Below, in pieces: positions 51,251 to 61,696 of a stretch of 64,000 bases of DNA (the stretch's first letter is position 1; every line of letters begins with the position of its first letter). The notes beneath the pieces were generated by a model. The model had not been told where the DNA came from, searched no databases, and saw only the letters and a list, made by a program, of their open reading frames with translations. The position numbers were made by a program, and so were the translations under genes. Source of the stretch: a virus; the IMG/VR virus record IMGVR_UViG_3300042907_001269, positions 1-64,000 of that record. One strand, given 5' to 3'.

Positions 51251-54076
51251 ATGGCAAGACAGGTATTACTTGAAACTGGATATACATTTACTCCTGCTAC
51301 AAAGACTGTAGTTATTCCTCGTGCAACTCCGAGAGAACGATTGATACTGATTACGAATGTAACAACTAATCAGGTAATTTATAACTTTTCAGACTCAAAT
51401 CTGACGGCAACTTCTTATACAATTGATGGAAATGCCGATACTACGACAGTAGTTTTGAATTATAATACTACTGGAATGCTATCAACTCATAAACTCCAGT
51501 TTGTTGTAGATGACCACGAGCAATATATAACTCCATCAGAAACTCTGATGGACCCTGTGGGTAAGATGAGAATTTCTAATCCACAGTCACTAATTGATAC
51601 TGACTTTGAGTATGGAACTCAACCCACCAAATGGGAAACTACCACACTATTAAGCAATCGCCCAAGTGCTTTTTATGATGCAACATCACCTATTACAATT
51701 ACTAACATCGCAGGAGCAGGAACTAGAACTGTTACGGTAACATCAACCGCAAACCCAGGTGTTGGTGTTCCTATCTTTGTTCAGGACGCAACAGACCCAA
51801 TTGCAAATGGTTGGCAACTTACAGAAACAAGTGCCGCAGGAAACTTTACTTATGTTGCCAGAGCAAACGTAGTAAACGCAACAATTTTTGATGCCTCAAA
51901 GACTTATGTTTATTCTGGAAGTTTCTTTACTGGTTCTGCAATTCCAGTAAGTGCAACTGGTGGTGCTGCATTTACTAACTCTGGAACCACAGTTACTTGT
52001 ACAACTACTGGTCCTCATGGTTTTTCTATTGGTGATGGTATTTTTGTAAGAAATACAACAGCAGCAACATCTAATCCACCGAATGGAGCATTTTTTGTTG
52101 CTACCATACCAACATCAAATACCTTCACTTTTATTGCCGATGTTGCACCATCAGGACAAATCACAGCAACTGGCGGGACACAAAATCTTTATGCAAGACC
52201 TTACACTTCATCTATTCACAGACCTTATGATGGTGGTGTAAGTTTTAGTTCGGGAACTCCATATCATAATAATCAACTGATTCGTCAGACAAGAAGATAC
52301 TTCCGTTATCAGTCTGGTAAAGGTGTTCAGTTCAGTACTGGTACAAACCTCAAAGCAGGATTTTCTGTTGATAATGTTACTTCATCTGGAACTACTGTTA
52401 CTGTAACCTGTAAGTTTCCACATAACTTAGGTCCGGGAGCATCTGTTATTGTATCTGGTGCTGACCAAGCGGCATATAACGGAACATTTACCGTAGCAAC
52501 AGTTCCAACTGATTTAACATTTACTTACACCGCTGGTTCAACACCAGCATCATCTCCAGCAACAGGATTTCCCATTAATGTTTCGCCATTCGCCTGGTAT
52601 GGTTCCAGAATTCGTATTGGAATGTTTGATGAGCAAAATGGATTTTTCTTTGAGCACGATGGTCAAACTTTATACGCAGTAAGACGTTCAAGTACAGAAC
52701 AACTATCAGGTGGAGTATCAGTTACTGCAGGTTCTGCAACAATTACTGGAACAAATACCAAGTTTTCTTCTCAACTCAAACCAGGAGATTATGTAGTTAT
52801 TCGTGGAATGTCATATCTAGTTCTCACGATTGCTAGTGACACTTCTATGTTTGTTTCTCCAGAATACAGAGGAACTACGATTTCAAGTGGTGCCATAATT
52901 ATAACAAAGAGAATTGATACACGAGTTGCTCAATCTCAATTCAATATTGATAAGTGTGATGGAACTGGACCATCAGGATTTAATCTGGATTTGAACAAGA
53001 TGCAGATGATTTATATGGATTATTCCTGGTATGGTGCAGGAGCAATTCGTTATGGATTCAAGAACCAAAGAGGTGAAGTCATTTATTGTCATAGAACACC
53101 AAATGCAAACTTCAGAACCGAAGCATATATGCGTTCTGGAAACCTTCCATCAAGATATGAGTGTAATACAATTCCACCAATTACGTATTTGACTGCAACA
53201 TTAACATCTGGTGTTACCGCATCTATGTCGGTAAATGATACTTCATTATTCCCATCTTCTGGAACTCTTGTAGTAAGAGCGGCAGGAGGAACTGGAGCAG
53301 CAGTAGAATACATTAATTATACTGGTAAAACCGCAACTACATTTACAACTCTAACGAGAAATGTCACCAACCTAACTGGTCCTGGTGGTCTTACTGGTGG
53401 TGGTGGAACCGCATCTGCAACCACATTTACCTTTAGTGCAACAGCACCAGTTTCAGTTGAACTTCATGCACCTCAAACATCTGCAACAATTGCACACTGG
53501 GGTTCTTCGGTCATTATGGATGGAGGATTTGATGATGATAAATCGTTCATATTTACTTCGGGTATGAATACCGCACTAAGTATTGCTGCTGGAGCAACAA
53601 ATGCTCTTATTTCTCTTCGTCTTTCTCCGAGTGTTGATTCTGGTCTGACTGGAGTACTGGGAGCAAGAGATTTAATTAACCGAATGCAATTAACTCTTCG
53701 AGAAATTGGAGCGGTTGCAAGTGCTAACTTTAGAATTGCTCTGATTTTAAATGGAAGAGTAAGTGCCGGAACTTTCGCTTCCGCTGGTGGTTCATCTCTT
53801 TCTCAGATTTGCGTACATACCGGAACTACAACTGTGACTGGTGGAGAACAAATTTATTCATTCTTCGTTCCAAATGGAGTTAACTCAAAAGAACTCAATC
53901 TTGTTCGTGACCTTGGAAATTCTATTTTAGGTGGAGGAACTGTATTGACTGTTCCGACAACCGTAAATAATGTTTATCCGGATGGACCTGATATGGTGAC
54001 TATTGTTGCAACTAATCTTGCGGGAACTTCTCAAACAATCAATGCAAGACTTTCTTGGACGGAGGCACAGGCATAA
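51251..54076 (+). CDS. large virion structural protein
   Basis: YTFTPATK..LILITNVTTNQVIYNFSD, DPVGKMRISNPQSLIDTDFEYG, repeated SGTTVT..PH modules; late-like CATAAATA at 51222. Confidence 0.7.
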   Translation: MARQVLLETGYTFTPATKTVVIPRATPRERLILITNVTTNQVIYNFSDSNLTATSYTIDGNADTTTVVLNYNTTGMLSTHKLQFVVDDHEQYITPSETLMDPVGKMRISNPQSLIDTDFEYGTQPTKWETTTLLSNRPSAFYDATSPITITNIAGAGTRTVTVTSTANPGVGVPIFVQDATDPIANGWQLTETSAAGNFTYVARANVVNATIFDASKTYVYSGSFFTGSAIPVSATGGAAFTNSGTTVTCTTTGPHGFSIGDGIFVRNTTAATSNPPNGAFFVATIPTSNTFTFIADVAPSGQITATGGTQNLYARPYTSSIHRPYDGGVSFSSGTPYHNNQLIRQTRRYFRYQSGKGVQFSTGTNLKAGFSVDNVTSSGTTVTVTCKFPHNLGPGASVIVSGADQAAYNGTFTVATVPTDLTFTYTAGSTPASSPATGFPINVSPFAWYGSRIRIGMFDEQNGFFFEHDGQTLYAVRRSSTEQLSGGVSVTAGSATITGTNTKFSSQLKPGDYVVIRGMSYLVLTIASDTSMFVSPEYRGTTISSGAIIITKRIDTRVAQSQFNIDKCDGTGPSGFNLDLNKMQMIYMDYSWYGAGAIRYGFKNQRGEVIYCHRTPNANFRTEAYMRSGNLPSRYECNTIPPITYLTATLTSGVTASMSVNDTSLFPSSGTLVVRAAGGTGAAVEYINYTGKTATTFTTLTRNVTNLTGPGGLTGGGGTASATTFTFSATAPVSVELHAPQTSATIAHWGSSVIMDGGFDDDKSFIFTSGMNTALSIAAGATNALISLRLSPSVDSGLTGVLGARDLINRMQLTLREIGAVASANFRIALILNGRVSAGTFASAGGSSLSQICVHTGTTTVTGGEQIYSFFVPNGVNSKELNLVRDLGNSILGGGTVLTVPTTVNNVYPDGPDMVTIVATNLAGTSQTINARLSWTEAQA

Positions 54077-54079
54077 GAA

Positions 54080-54967
54080 ATGGCAAAACTCAAAGGTGGT
54101 ACAAGAATATATGGTGATATTAAGATTGATGGTGGAATTTATGATAGTTCCAATCAAATTGGCATCGGTGGTTCTGTATTAATATCTACCGGAGTTGGTA
54201 TTGCTTGGACAACTGGGTCTGGAGGTGCTCAAGGTGCTCAAGGACTCCAAGGTAGACAAGGACTCCAAGGAACTCAGGGTCTTCAGGGAACTCAAGGTCT
54301 TCAGGGAACTCAAGGTCTTCAGGGTAATCAAGGATTACAGGGTAGACAAGGACTTCAGGGAACTCAAGGTACTCAAGGTCTTCAGGGTACTTTAGGTTCT
54401 CAAGGTACACAAGGTCTACAAGGTCTTTCTAATCAAGGTGTTCAAGGACTTCAAGGAAGACAAGGACAACAAGGTGTACAAGGTATAAGTAACCAAGGTG
54501 TTCAAGGTGCTGCTGCCGGTGGAGGAGGTTCTATTACTGTTAGTGACGATAATTCAACAAATGCTACAAGATATCCAGTATTTGAAGATGTAACTTCTGG
54601 AACTAGTAGCACTATTAATGTTGCTTCAACTAAACTTACATTTAACCCATCTACAGGAACATTATCGGCAACAGTATTCACATCACTCTCTGATGAAACT
54701 CAAAAAACCAACATAACACCAATTGCAAATGCTCTTGATTTAGTAATGCAAATGAATGGTGTTCGTTATGACTGGACAGATGGACACAATACGGGTTCTA
54801 TTGGTGTAATTGCACAAGAAATGGAAAGAATTATTCCAGAAGTTGTAAGCACTAATGATAGAGGATTGAAAACAGTTTCTTATGGAAACCTTGTTGGTGT
54901 ATTGATTGAAGCAATCAAAGAACAGCAAATTAGAATTGAAGAACTGGAAAGAAAGTTAGATGCCTAA
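54080..54967 (+). CDS. short collagen-like fibre with C-terminal peptidase S74 intramolecular chaperone
   Basis: GXQ tract; SDETQKTNI, GVIAQEME, VSYGNLVGVLIEAIKE. Confidence 0.88.
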   Translation: MAKLKGGTRIYGDIKIDGGIYDSSNQIGIGGSVLISTGVGIAWTTGSGGAQGAQGLQGRQGLQGTQGLQGTQGLQGTQGLQGNQGLQGRQGLQGTQGTQGLQGTLGSQGTQGLQGLSNQGVQGLQGRQGQQGVQGISNQGVQGAAAGGGGSITVSDDNSTNATRYPVFEDVTSGTSSTINVASTKLTFNPSTGTLSATVFTSLSDETQKTNITPIANALDLVMQMNGVRYDWTDGHNTGSIGVIAQEMERIIPEVVSTNDRGLKTVSYGNLVGVLIEAIKEQQIRIEELERKLDA

Positions 54968-56150
54968 TCAATTTTTTTCACCGGAAGGAGACTTAGAGAA
55001 TTATTTTGTAACCGAGTACTGGTTGATTGACCAGTATGTTGGTGATGCTTTGTGGGCTTGGGGTAGTGGACAATATGGAAAACTTGGAAACAATGCTGCA
55101 ACCGATAGATCCACTCCAATTACCACATTTGCTGGAGGAACCAACTGGAAACAAGTGAGTGGTGGAGATGAGGGTACGGCAGCAATCAAGACCGATGGAA
55201 CCTTATGGACTTGGGGTCTTGGAAATAGCCTATCACCTCTACTTGGAACTAATGATACAATCACTAGATCCACTCCAGTCACCACTTTTGCCGGAGGAAT
55301 CAATTGGAAACAAGTGAGTTGTGATGGTCTTTATACAGCAGCAATTAAGACTGATGGAACTTTATGGACTTGGGGTAATGGGGGATTTGGACGACTTGGA
55401 ACTAATGATGGAACCAATAGATCCACTCCAGTCACCACCTTTGCCGGTGGAACCAACTGGAAACAAGTGAGTTGTGGAGAACTTCATGCCGCAGCAATCA
55501 AGACCGATGGAACCTTATGGATTTGGGGTAATGGAGGTCAAGGACGACTTGGAAATGCAGTAACAACAGGTAGTATATCTACTCCAGTCACCACATTTGC
55601 CGGTGGAACCAACTGGAAACAAGTGAGTGTTGGTAATCAATATACAGCAGCAATTAAAACTGATGGAACCTTATGGACTTGGGGTAGTGGAAGTTCTGGA
55701 CAACTTGGAAATGCAACAACAACAAACACATCCACTCCAGTCACTACCTTTGCCGGTGGAAACAACTGGAAACAAGTGAGTGGTGGAAATGCTCATACAG
55801 CAGCAATTAAGACCGATGGAACTTTATGGACTTGGGGTGGTGGAGATTCTGGACGACTTGGAAACGCATCAACAACCTTTAGATCCACTCCAGTCACCAC
55901 ATTTGCCGGTGGAACCAACTGGAAACAAGTAGATTGTGGTGATTCTCATACAGCAGCAATTAAGACCGATGGAACCTTATGGACTTGGGGTTTTGGAAGT
56001 TTTGGAAGACTTGGAGACAATACTACAACCAATAAACTCACTCCAGTCACCACCTTTGCCGGTGGAACCAACTGGAAACAAGTGAGTTCTGGAGGTGGTA
56101 CTATATCAGCAGTCCAAGCAGGAACCTCAGCAGATCTCCCATTCTCATAA
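54960..56150 (+). CDS. RCC1-repeat beta-propeller protein
   Basis: Seven repeats of STPVTTFAGGTNWKQVS..AAIKTDGTLWTWG..GRLG. Confidence 0.92.
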   Translation: MPNQFFSPEGDLENYFVTEYWLIDQYVGDALWAWGSGQYGKLGNNAATDRSTPITTFAGGTNWKQVSGGDEGTAAIKTDGTLWTWGLGNSLSPLLGTNDTITRSTPVTTFAGGINWKQVSCDGLYTAAIKTDGTLWTWGNGGFGRLGTNDGTNRSTPVTTFAGGTNWKQVSCGELHAAAIKTDGTLWIWGNGGQGRLGNAVTTGSISTPVTTFAGGTNWKQVSVGNQYTAAIKTDGTLWTWGSGSSGQLGNATTTNTSTPVTTFAGGNNWKQVSGGNAHTAAIKTDGTLWTWGGGDSGRLGNASTTFRSTPVTTFAGGTNWKQVDCGDSHTAAIKTDGTLWTWGFGSFGRLGDNTTTNKLTPVTTFAGGTNWKQVSSGGGTISAVQAGTSADLPFS

Positions 56151-56166
56151 ATACCTAAAAAGACCG

Positions 56167-56820
56167 ATGGAAATAGCACTTATTCATAACAACGCATTAG
56201 AACTTGGTCCTTTTGGAGCAAATGTTCGTTATATTAATGAAGAATTAGAAGAACTTGAAGTGGTAGAAAGAATATCAAATCAATCTTTTACTCAACTTCC
56301 TATTCATTTTAGTGATGGACTTACTCATCTTGTTCCAACAGAAAGAGTAATTCCAGAGAATGACCCCAAGTATCATAATGTAGGAAACTTTTCTTGGGAA
56401 ATTATTGAAGAAAATGGAGTTCCCACTAAAGTCCTATTAACATATCCAATTACCGATAAGACTTTAGAAGAAGTCAAAACACTTCGTAAGCAAGAAGTTG
56501 CCCCATATAGAAGAGAAAAGGAAAATACTATACTCACACTTACAATAAATGGAACCGAGGTAGAAGTATCAACCTCAAGAGATGAGAGACTTCTATTAGC
56601 AAGTAAGTTAGCAGCATCTCCAGGTCCTCATAACTTTAAGTTCCAGAATACTTGGTTAGAGATTACCACAACAGAACTTCAATATATTCTCAATCAAATT
56701 GATATAAAAGTTCAAGAAGCATTTGATTGGGAATTAGCAAAACTTCAAGAGATTGATGCCTGTAATACGATTGATGATGTTTATGCTGTTGTGATTAGAG
56801 AACAACCACAAACACCATAG
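56167..56820 (+). CDS. tail-fibre assembly-like protein (DUF4376-like C-terminus)
   Basis: KTLEEVK..RREKE..VQEAFDWE..IDAC pattern; position between fibre genes. Confidence 0.55.
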   Translation: MEIALIHNNALELGPFGANVRYINEELEELEVVERISNQSFTQLPIHFSDGLTHLVPTERVIPENDPKYHNVGNFSWEIIEENGVPTKVLLTYPITDKTLEEVKTLRKQEVAPYRREKENTILTLTINGTEVEVSTSRDERLLLASKLAASPGPHNFKFQNTWLEITTTELQYILNQIDIKVQEAFDWELAKLQEIDACNTIDDVYAVVIREQPQTP

Positions 56821-56829
56821 TAAAGTAAA

Positions 56830-58056
56830 ATGAGTTCTTTAAGAGTTACAACCAATTTTAGGGATAGTAATAGTGTTGATTTAGGTACTAAGTTAATCAC
56901 CAAAGATTATTTGATGAGTGTTTATCCTGAGATTGGTCAACGGATTGGAATTCCTCCAGAACTTTGGACTTGGGGTGCTGGAGCTAATGCAAGACTTGGA
57001 AATGGAGCAACAACAGGGAATATATCCACTCCAGTTACTACTTCTGCCGGTGGAACCAACTGGAAACAAGTGAGTGCTGGTGGATCTCATACAGCAGCAA
57101 TTAAGACTGATGGAACCTTATGGACTTGGGGTTTAGGTGCTAGTGGACGACTTGGAAATGGAGTAACAACAGGTAATATATCCACTCCAGTCACCACCTT
57201 TGCCGGTGGAACCAACTGGAAACAAATAAGTTGTGGATACTCACATACAGCAGCAATTAAGACTGATGGAACCTTATGGACTTGGGGTTTTAGTGGTGAT
57301 GGAAGACTTGGAAACGCAGTAATAACAGGCAATATATCCACTCCAGTCACCACCTTTGCCGGTGGAACCAACTGGAAACAAGTTAGTACTACTTCCTTTT
57401 CTAACCATACAGTAGCAATCAAAACTGATGGAACTTTATGGACTTGGGGATATAATGCTAATTTACAACTTGGTAATAATGCTACAGGTAATAGATCCAC
57501 TCCAATCACCACATTTGCCGGAGGAACCAACTGGAAACAAGTGAGTGGTGGAGGTTCTCATACGGCAGCAATCAAGACCGATGGAACTCTATGGACTTGG
57601 GGGGGAACTACTGGATCACTTGGAAATGGTGTTGTCGGTAGTAGATCTACTCCAGTCACCACCTTTGCCGGAGGAACCAACTGGAAACAAGTGGCTGCTG
57701 GAGGTGCTCATACAGCAGCAATCAAAACTGATGGAACTTTATGGACTTGGGGATATAATGCTAATTTACAACTTGGTAATAATGCTACAGGTAATAGATC
57801 CACTCCAATCACCACATTTGCCGGAGGAACTAACTGGAAACAAGTAACTTGTGGAACTAGTCATACATCGGCAATCAAGACCGATGGAACCTTATGGACT
57901 TGGGGTTCTGGAACTAATGGACAACTTGGAAACGCAACAATAACCAGCACATCCACTCCAGTCACCACCTTTGCCGGAGGAACCAACTGGAAACAAGTGG
58001 CTGCTGGAGGTGCTCATACAGCAGTAATAAAATCAGTAGACTTCGCAAGTTTCTAA
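56830..58056 (+). CDS. RCC1-repeat beta-propeller protein
   Basis: Seven repeats with the same framework. Confidence 0.92.
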   Translation: MSSLRVTTNFRDSNSVDLGTKLITKDYLMSVYPEIGQRIGIPPELWTWGAGANARLGNGATTGNISTPVTTSAGGTNWKQVSAGGSHTAAIKTDGTLWTWGLGASGRLGNGVTTGNISTPVTTFAGGTNWKQISCGYSHTAAIKTDGTLWTWGFSGDGRLGNAVITGNISTPVTTFAGGTNWKQVSTTSFSNHTVAIKTDGTLWTWGYNANLQLGNNATGNRSTPITTFAGGTNWKQVSGGGSHTAAIKTDGTLWTWGGTTGSLGNGVVGSRSTPVTTFAGGTNWKQVAAGGAHTAAIKTDGTLWTWGYNANLQLGNNATGNRSTPITTFAGGTNWKQVTCGTSHTSAIKTDGTLWTWGSGTNGQLGNATITSTSTPVTTFAGGTNWKQVAAGGAHTAVIKSVDFASF

Positions 58057-58087
58057 TAAATACCTCAAGATACATTCAATATTCTTT

Positions 58088-59428
58088 ATGAACCCCCTTG
58101 AGTTGGTCACAAAAACACTGTATTCATTCAACGAAAAAGAACTCACAACACAAGTTCTTTCGGCATTTGGAAAGAGAGCAGAAACTTTTCAGCAATATGA
58201 TGATGTAGCAAAGATTTTCTTTGAGATTAAAGATTTCTCAAATGCGATTACTTATGGCGAGAAAGCACTCAAACTCACAAAGACCAAAGAAGAAAAATAT
58301 ACAACATCAAAAAATCTTATCAACGCATACAATCAAAATAACTATCCAGAAAAAGCAATCACTCAAATATCAAAAATCAAATCACAAAATCCTCAAGATA
58401 CCGAACTTCTTTTAGAGGAAACATTTTCATATTCTGCTTTAGGTCAAAATAATAAAGCAGAGAAACTTTTATTTGATTTACTCAAAAAGAAACTGCCACC
58501 TGAGATAGAAAGAAAAGCATATCACAACTTATCGGGTCATTACTTCAGGAAGGATGATATTCGCACAGGACTTCAACACTTTCTCAAGGCAGGAGAAGTG
58601 GAAGCATATAAGAACCGACAACTTCCACCATTTCCAAAGTGGGACGGAACACCAGAGCCTGGAAGAACGATTATCATAGACAGTCAGTGTGGTGCTGGTG
58701 ATGAGGTTATTCATATTCGTTTTATGAAGCACCTGAAAGAACTTGGTATGAAACCAATCTGGACTTCTACAAGAAAAGAACTGGTGAAACTCTTCAACTA
58801 TAATGGGTTTCACTCTGTGTGTATCTACGATAAACCAGAGTTTCCAGAAGATGCCTGCTGGGTTTATGCTCTTGCTCTACCTTATTATCTCAATCTAAAA
58901 GTAGAAGATTTGGGTCAAACTCCTTATCTAAACCCATTACCAGAAAAACAAAAGCAATACTCTTATCTACAAGAAGACCAAAACTATAAGATTGGAATGT
59001 TTTGGAACTCTGGTTCTGGATTTGAGCAGGCACATTTTCGTTCTATTCAACCAGAACCTTTGTTTGATATTCTTTCTAAAACTCCAGCATCTTTATATTC
59101 CCTACAACTACCAGACCAAGTACCACCAGAAGGTTATGATGTAAAGACTTTTGATATTCCAAATCGTGACTTTACGGATACATTTTCAATTGTATCTCAA
59201 ATGGACTTGGTGATTACTTCGTGTACTTCTATTGCTCATATCGCAGCAGCACAAGGTAAGAAAGTTTGTGTGTTTGTGCCAATTATGGAATATTATGTAT
59301 GGACAAGTTCAACAGGAAAGTCTTGGTGGTATGGTGATAATGTTCATCTCTTCAAGCAAAAGAAACCAAGAAACTGGGACGAACCTTTGAAGCAATTGGG
59401 AGAGTTTCTAAATGATAGAGGAATATAA
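58088..59428 (+). CDS. TPR-containing GT-B (GT9-like) glycosyltransferase
   Basis: N-terminal TPR-like helices; GAGDEVIHIRF, YSLQ, MDLVITSCTSIAHIAAAQGK, WYGDNVHLFKQ. Confidence 0.8.
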   Translation: MNPLELVTKTLYSFNEKELTTQVLSAFGKRAETFQQYDDVAKIFFEIKDFSNAITYGEKALKLTKTKEEKYTTSKNLINAYNQNNYPEKAITQISKIKSQNPQDTELLLEETFSYSALGQNNKAEKLLFDLLKKKLPPEIERKAYHNLSGHYFRKDDIRTGLQHFLKAGEVEAYKNRQLPPFPKWDGTPEPGRTIIIDSQCGAGDEVIHIRFMKHLKELGMKPIWTSTRKELVKLFNYNGFHSVCIYDKPEFPEDACWVYALALPYYLNLKVEDLGQTPYLNPLPEKQKQYSYLQEDQNYKIGMFWNSGSGFEQAHFRSIQPEPLFDILSKTPASLYSLQLPDQVPPEGYDVKTFDIPNRDFTDTFSIVSQMDLVITSCTSIAHIAAAQGKKVCVFVPIMEYYVWTSSTGKSWWYGDNVHLFKQKKPRNWDEPLKQLGEFLNDRGI

Positions 59429-59870
59429 CTTATCCTTTCTCAATCTAAATACGATTAAGAACACACTTTTACAGATAGAAGCAAGTTCTCACGGACTTGT
59501 CACTAAAGGGTTTTCCACTTATAATTATGGAATGCCTATTCTAATGTATCCAGAACTGACTGGATTGCGGAATATTTTCAAACAATATGTTAGATTATAT
59601 TGTAATAAGTATGATATTCCTCCACTCAAGTTTATCAATAGTTGGTTCAATATCTCACAAGCAGGAAATAAACTCAAGGCACATAAGCACGAAGAAAGTA
59701 TTGTAAGTGGAGCATTTTATATTTCTGGAAGCACTCCTTTGATATTTCCAGATACTTCAATTCATCCTTATCCAGGACTATTGGTTATCTTTTCAAGTGA
59801 TTTGGTTCATTATACAGAAGAAGAAACTGAAGAACGAATTATTATTAGTTTTAACACGGATTACTTATGA
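59412..59870 (+). CDS. 2OG-Fe(II) oxygenase (TIGR02466-like)
   Basis: SWFN, HKH, SGAFY, PGLLVIFSS.LVH, RIIISFN. Confidence 0.85.
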   Translation: MIEEYNLSFLNLNTIKNTLLQIEASSHGLVTKGFSTYNYGMPILMYPELTGLRNIFKQYVRLYCNKYDIPPLKFINSWFNISQAGNKLKAHKHEESIVSGAFYISGSTPLIFPDTSIHPYPGLLVIFSSDLVHYTEEETEERIIISFNTDYL

Positions 59871-60652
59871 AATTTTTATTTTTAGTTGGTTCGGCACTCA
59901 AACACTTTCAAGAGAAAGATTTTAGTGCCTATGATGAGCAACAAAGATTTGAGCAAACCTTAGAAACGATTGAGTGTATTCGTAAGAAAGTTCATAATTC
60001 TTATGTGGTTTTATTTGAGTGTTCTTCTAAATCAATTGATGAAAACCAAAAAGATATTCTCAAAGAAAAAACGGATTTGTTTCTGGAGTTTTATGATGAA
60101 CCAGTTCTCAAACAAATCTATGAAAATCTTGAGGCAAGACCAGAACTGATTACATACGGCAAATCACTATTAGAAACAAGAGGATTACTGAATACTCTTT
60201 ATGTAATACAAAAGCATAATATTTTTAATGATAGTCAAAGAGTATTCAAATTGACTGGTAGATATTTACTGAATGATGATTTTGATATTCAAGATTATCA
60301 AAGTAAGTTCCTTGAGAATAAGTATGTAATTAAAAAGTATGACTACCTTTCACAAGAAATGGAAAACTATGAAAAAGAACTTGAGAATGTTTATGCTTAT
60401 CTCTATGGAGCAAAGGGTATGATGATTACGGGTCTTTGGTCTTTTGATAGAATGTTATTTACTGATACTATAGAAGCACTTGAAAAAGCATTTACTTATA
60501 TGGAAAAAATGATACAGTTTACTGCCGGAACTGATGTAGAACATTCACTTTATCGTTTTATCAATAAGAAGAATGTTATTGATATTCCTAATCTTGGTCT
60601 TACGATGGTCAAAGGAATGTCCGGTGAAAATGGTGGAGTGTATCATTCGTGA
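59867..60652 (+). CDS. hypothetical protein, possible glycosyltransferase-related
   Basis: RFEQTLETI, FKLTGRY, DVEH motifs; context. Confidence 0.55.
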   Translation: MKFLFLVGSALKHFQEKDFSAYDEQQRFEQTLETIECIRKKVHNSYVVLFECSSKSIDENQKDILKEKTDLFLEFYDEPVLKQIYENLEARPELITYGKSLLETRGLLNTLYVIQKHNIFNDSQRVFKLTGRYLLNDDFDIQDYQSKFLENKYVIKKYDYLSQEMENYEKELENVYAYLYGAKGMMITGLWSFDRMLFTDTIEALEKAFTYMEKMIQFTAGTDVEHSLYRFINKKNVIDIPNLGLTMVKGMSGENGGVYHS

Positions 60653-61329
60653 AACTAGCAATCTTTTATCATATAGGACAAATGGGAATAGGTGCTTTCA
60701 TTTACCAGCAACAATTACATAGATTATATGCTTCAGGATTACTTCAAAATGCTGATTATACTTATTTTAGTGTAAATGGAAGTCAAGAACTTTTTAATGT
60801 TCCTGATAAAGTAATAGTTAAGTATAATAAGGAGGAAGATTGGGGAACTGAAAAAACCACCTTATTAGCACTTAATGATTTCTGTAAGAATAATCCAGAT
60901 TATAAGGTTCTTTATTTTCATACCAAAGGAGCAACAAAGAATGAACTTTCGGTTCAATCTTGGAGATTAATGATGGAATATTTTGTGATTGATAAATGGA
61001 AGGAATGTATAAAGTATCTAGATACTTATACTTGTGTTGGTTCTCATTTGGGAACTATTGGGCCAAGTATTTGTGCCGATGGTTCTTTAATACCAAATGA
61101 TAAGACTTATGCTTATATGGGAAATTTTTGGTGGGCAAATGCTTCCTATATTAATACAATCAAATCACGATACTTAAACTCTGAGTGTAGAATGGAAAAG
61201 GAAAGATGGATTGGTGATAGTGATAGTTGCTATCCAAAGACTTTATATAATGATGTATTATTTGAAGAAAATCCTTTTGAGTTTAATAATTATAGTTATT
61301 ATTTTAAGGAGGGTGATTATGTTTCGTGA
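60649..61329 (+). CDS. putative glycosyltransferase-related protein
   Basis: E..TL, VLYFHTKG, WRLMMEYF, GNFWWANASYI, ERWIG. Confidence 0.6.
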   Translation: MKLAIFYHIGQMGIGAFIYQQQLHRLYASGLLQNADYTYFSVNGSQELFNVPDKVIVKYNKEEDWGTEKTTLLALNDFCKNNPDYKVLYFHTKGATKNELSVQSWRLMMEYFVIDKWKECIKYLDTYTCVGSHLGTIGPSICADGSLIPNDKTYAYMGNFWWANASYINTIKSRYLNSECRMEKERWIGDSDSCYPKTLYNDVLFEENPFEFNNYSYYFKEGDYVS

Positions 61330-61672
61330 GTGTGGAGAATGTACTGCCTGCTGTTCTTGGTTGGTGGGCGATGCTTTTGGATGGAAGTTTGGGTGTAGTC
61401 AATCTTGTAGATTTCTAGAAGAAGGTGGTTGTGGAGTTCATAAGGCACGACCAGAAGTCTGTAGGAATTATCAGTGTGCTTGGTCTCAACATTTACTTCC
61501 AGAAGAAATGAGACCTGATAAGTGTAATGTATTGGTCTCTGTAGAACAAAATGAGAACGGGCAGTATCTAAAGGCAGTTGGAATAAATAATAAAAAGATA
61601 TCTGCTGATGTAAAAGATTGGTTTATAAAGTGGGGAGAGAAAATGAATACTCCAATTATGATATCAGAGTAG
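61319..61672 (+). CDS. YkgJ-like CxxCxxCC cysteine-cluster protein
   Basis: RECGECTACC..C..L...GCGVH..RPEVCRNYQC. Confidence 0.75.
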   Translation: MFRECGECTACCSWLVGDAFGWKFGCSQSCRFLEEGGCGVHKARPEVCRNYQCAWSQHLLPEEMRPDKCNVLVSVEQNENGQYLKAVGINNKKISADVKDWFIKWGEKMNTPIMISE

Positions 61673-61696
61673 TTTCCAAGTCTTTAGAGGTCCCTA

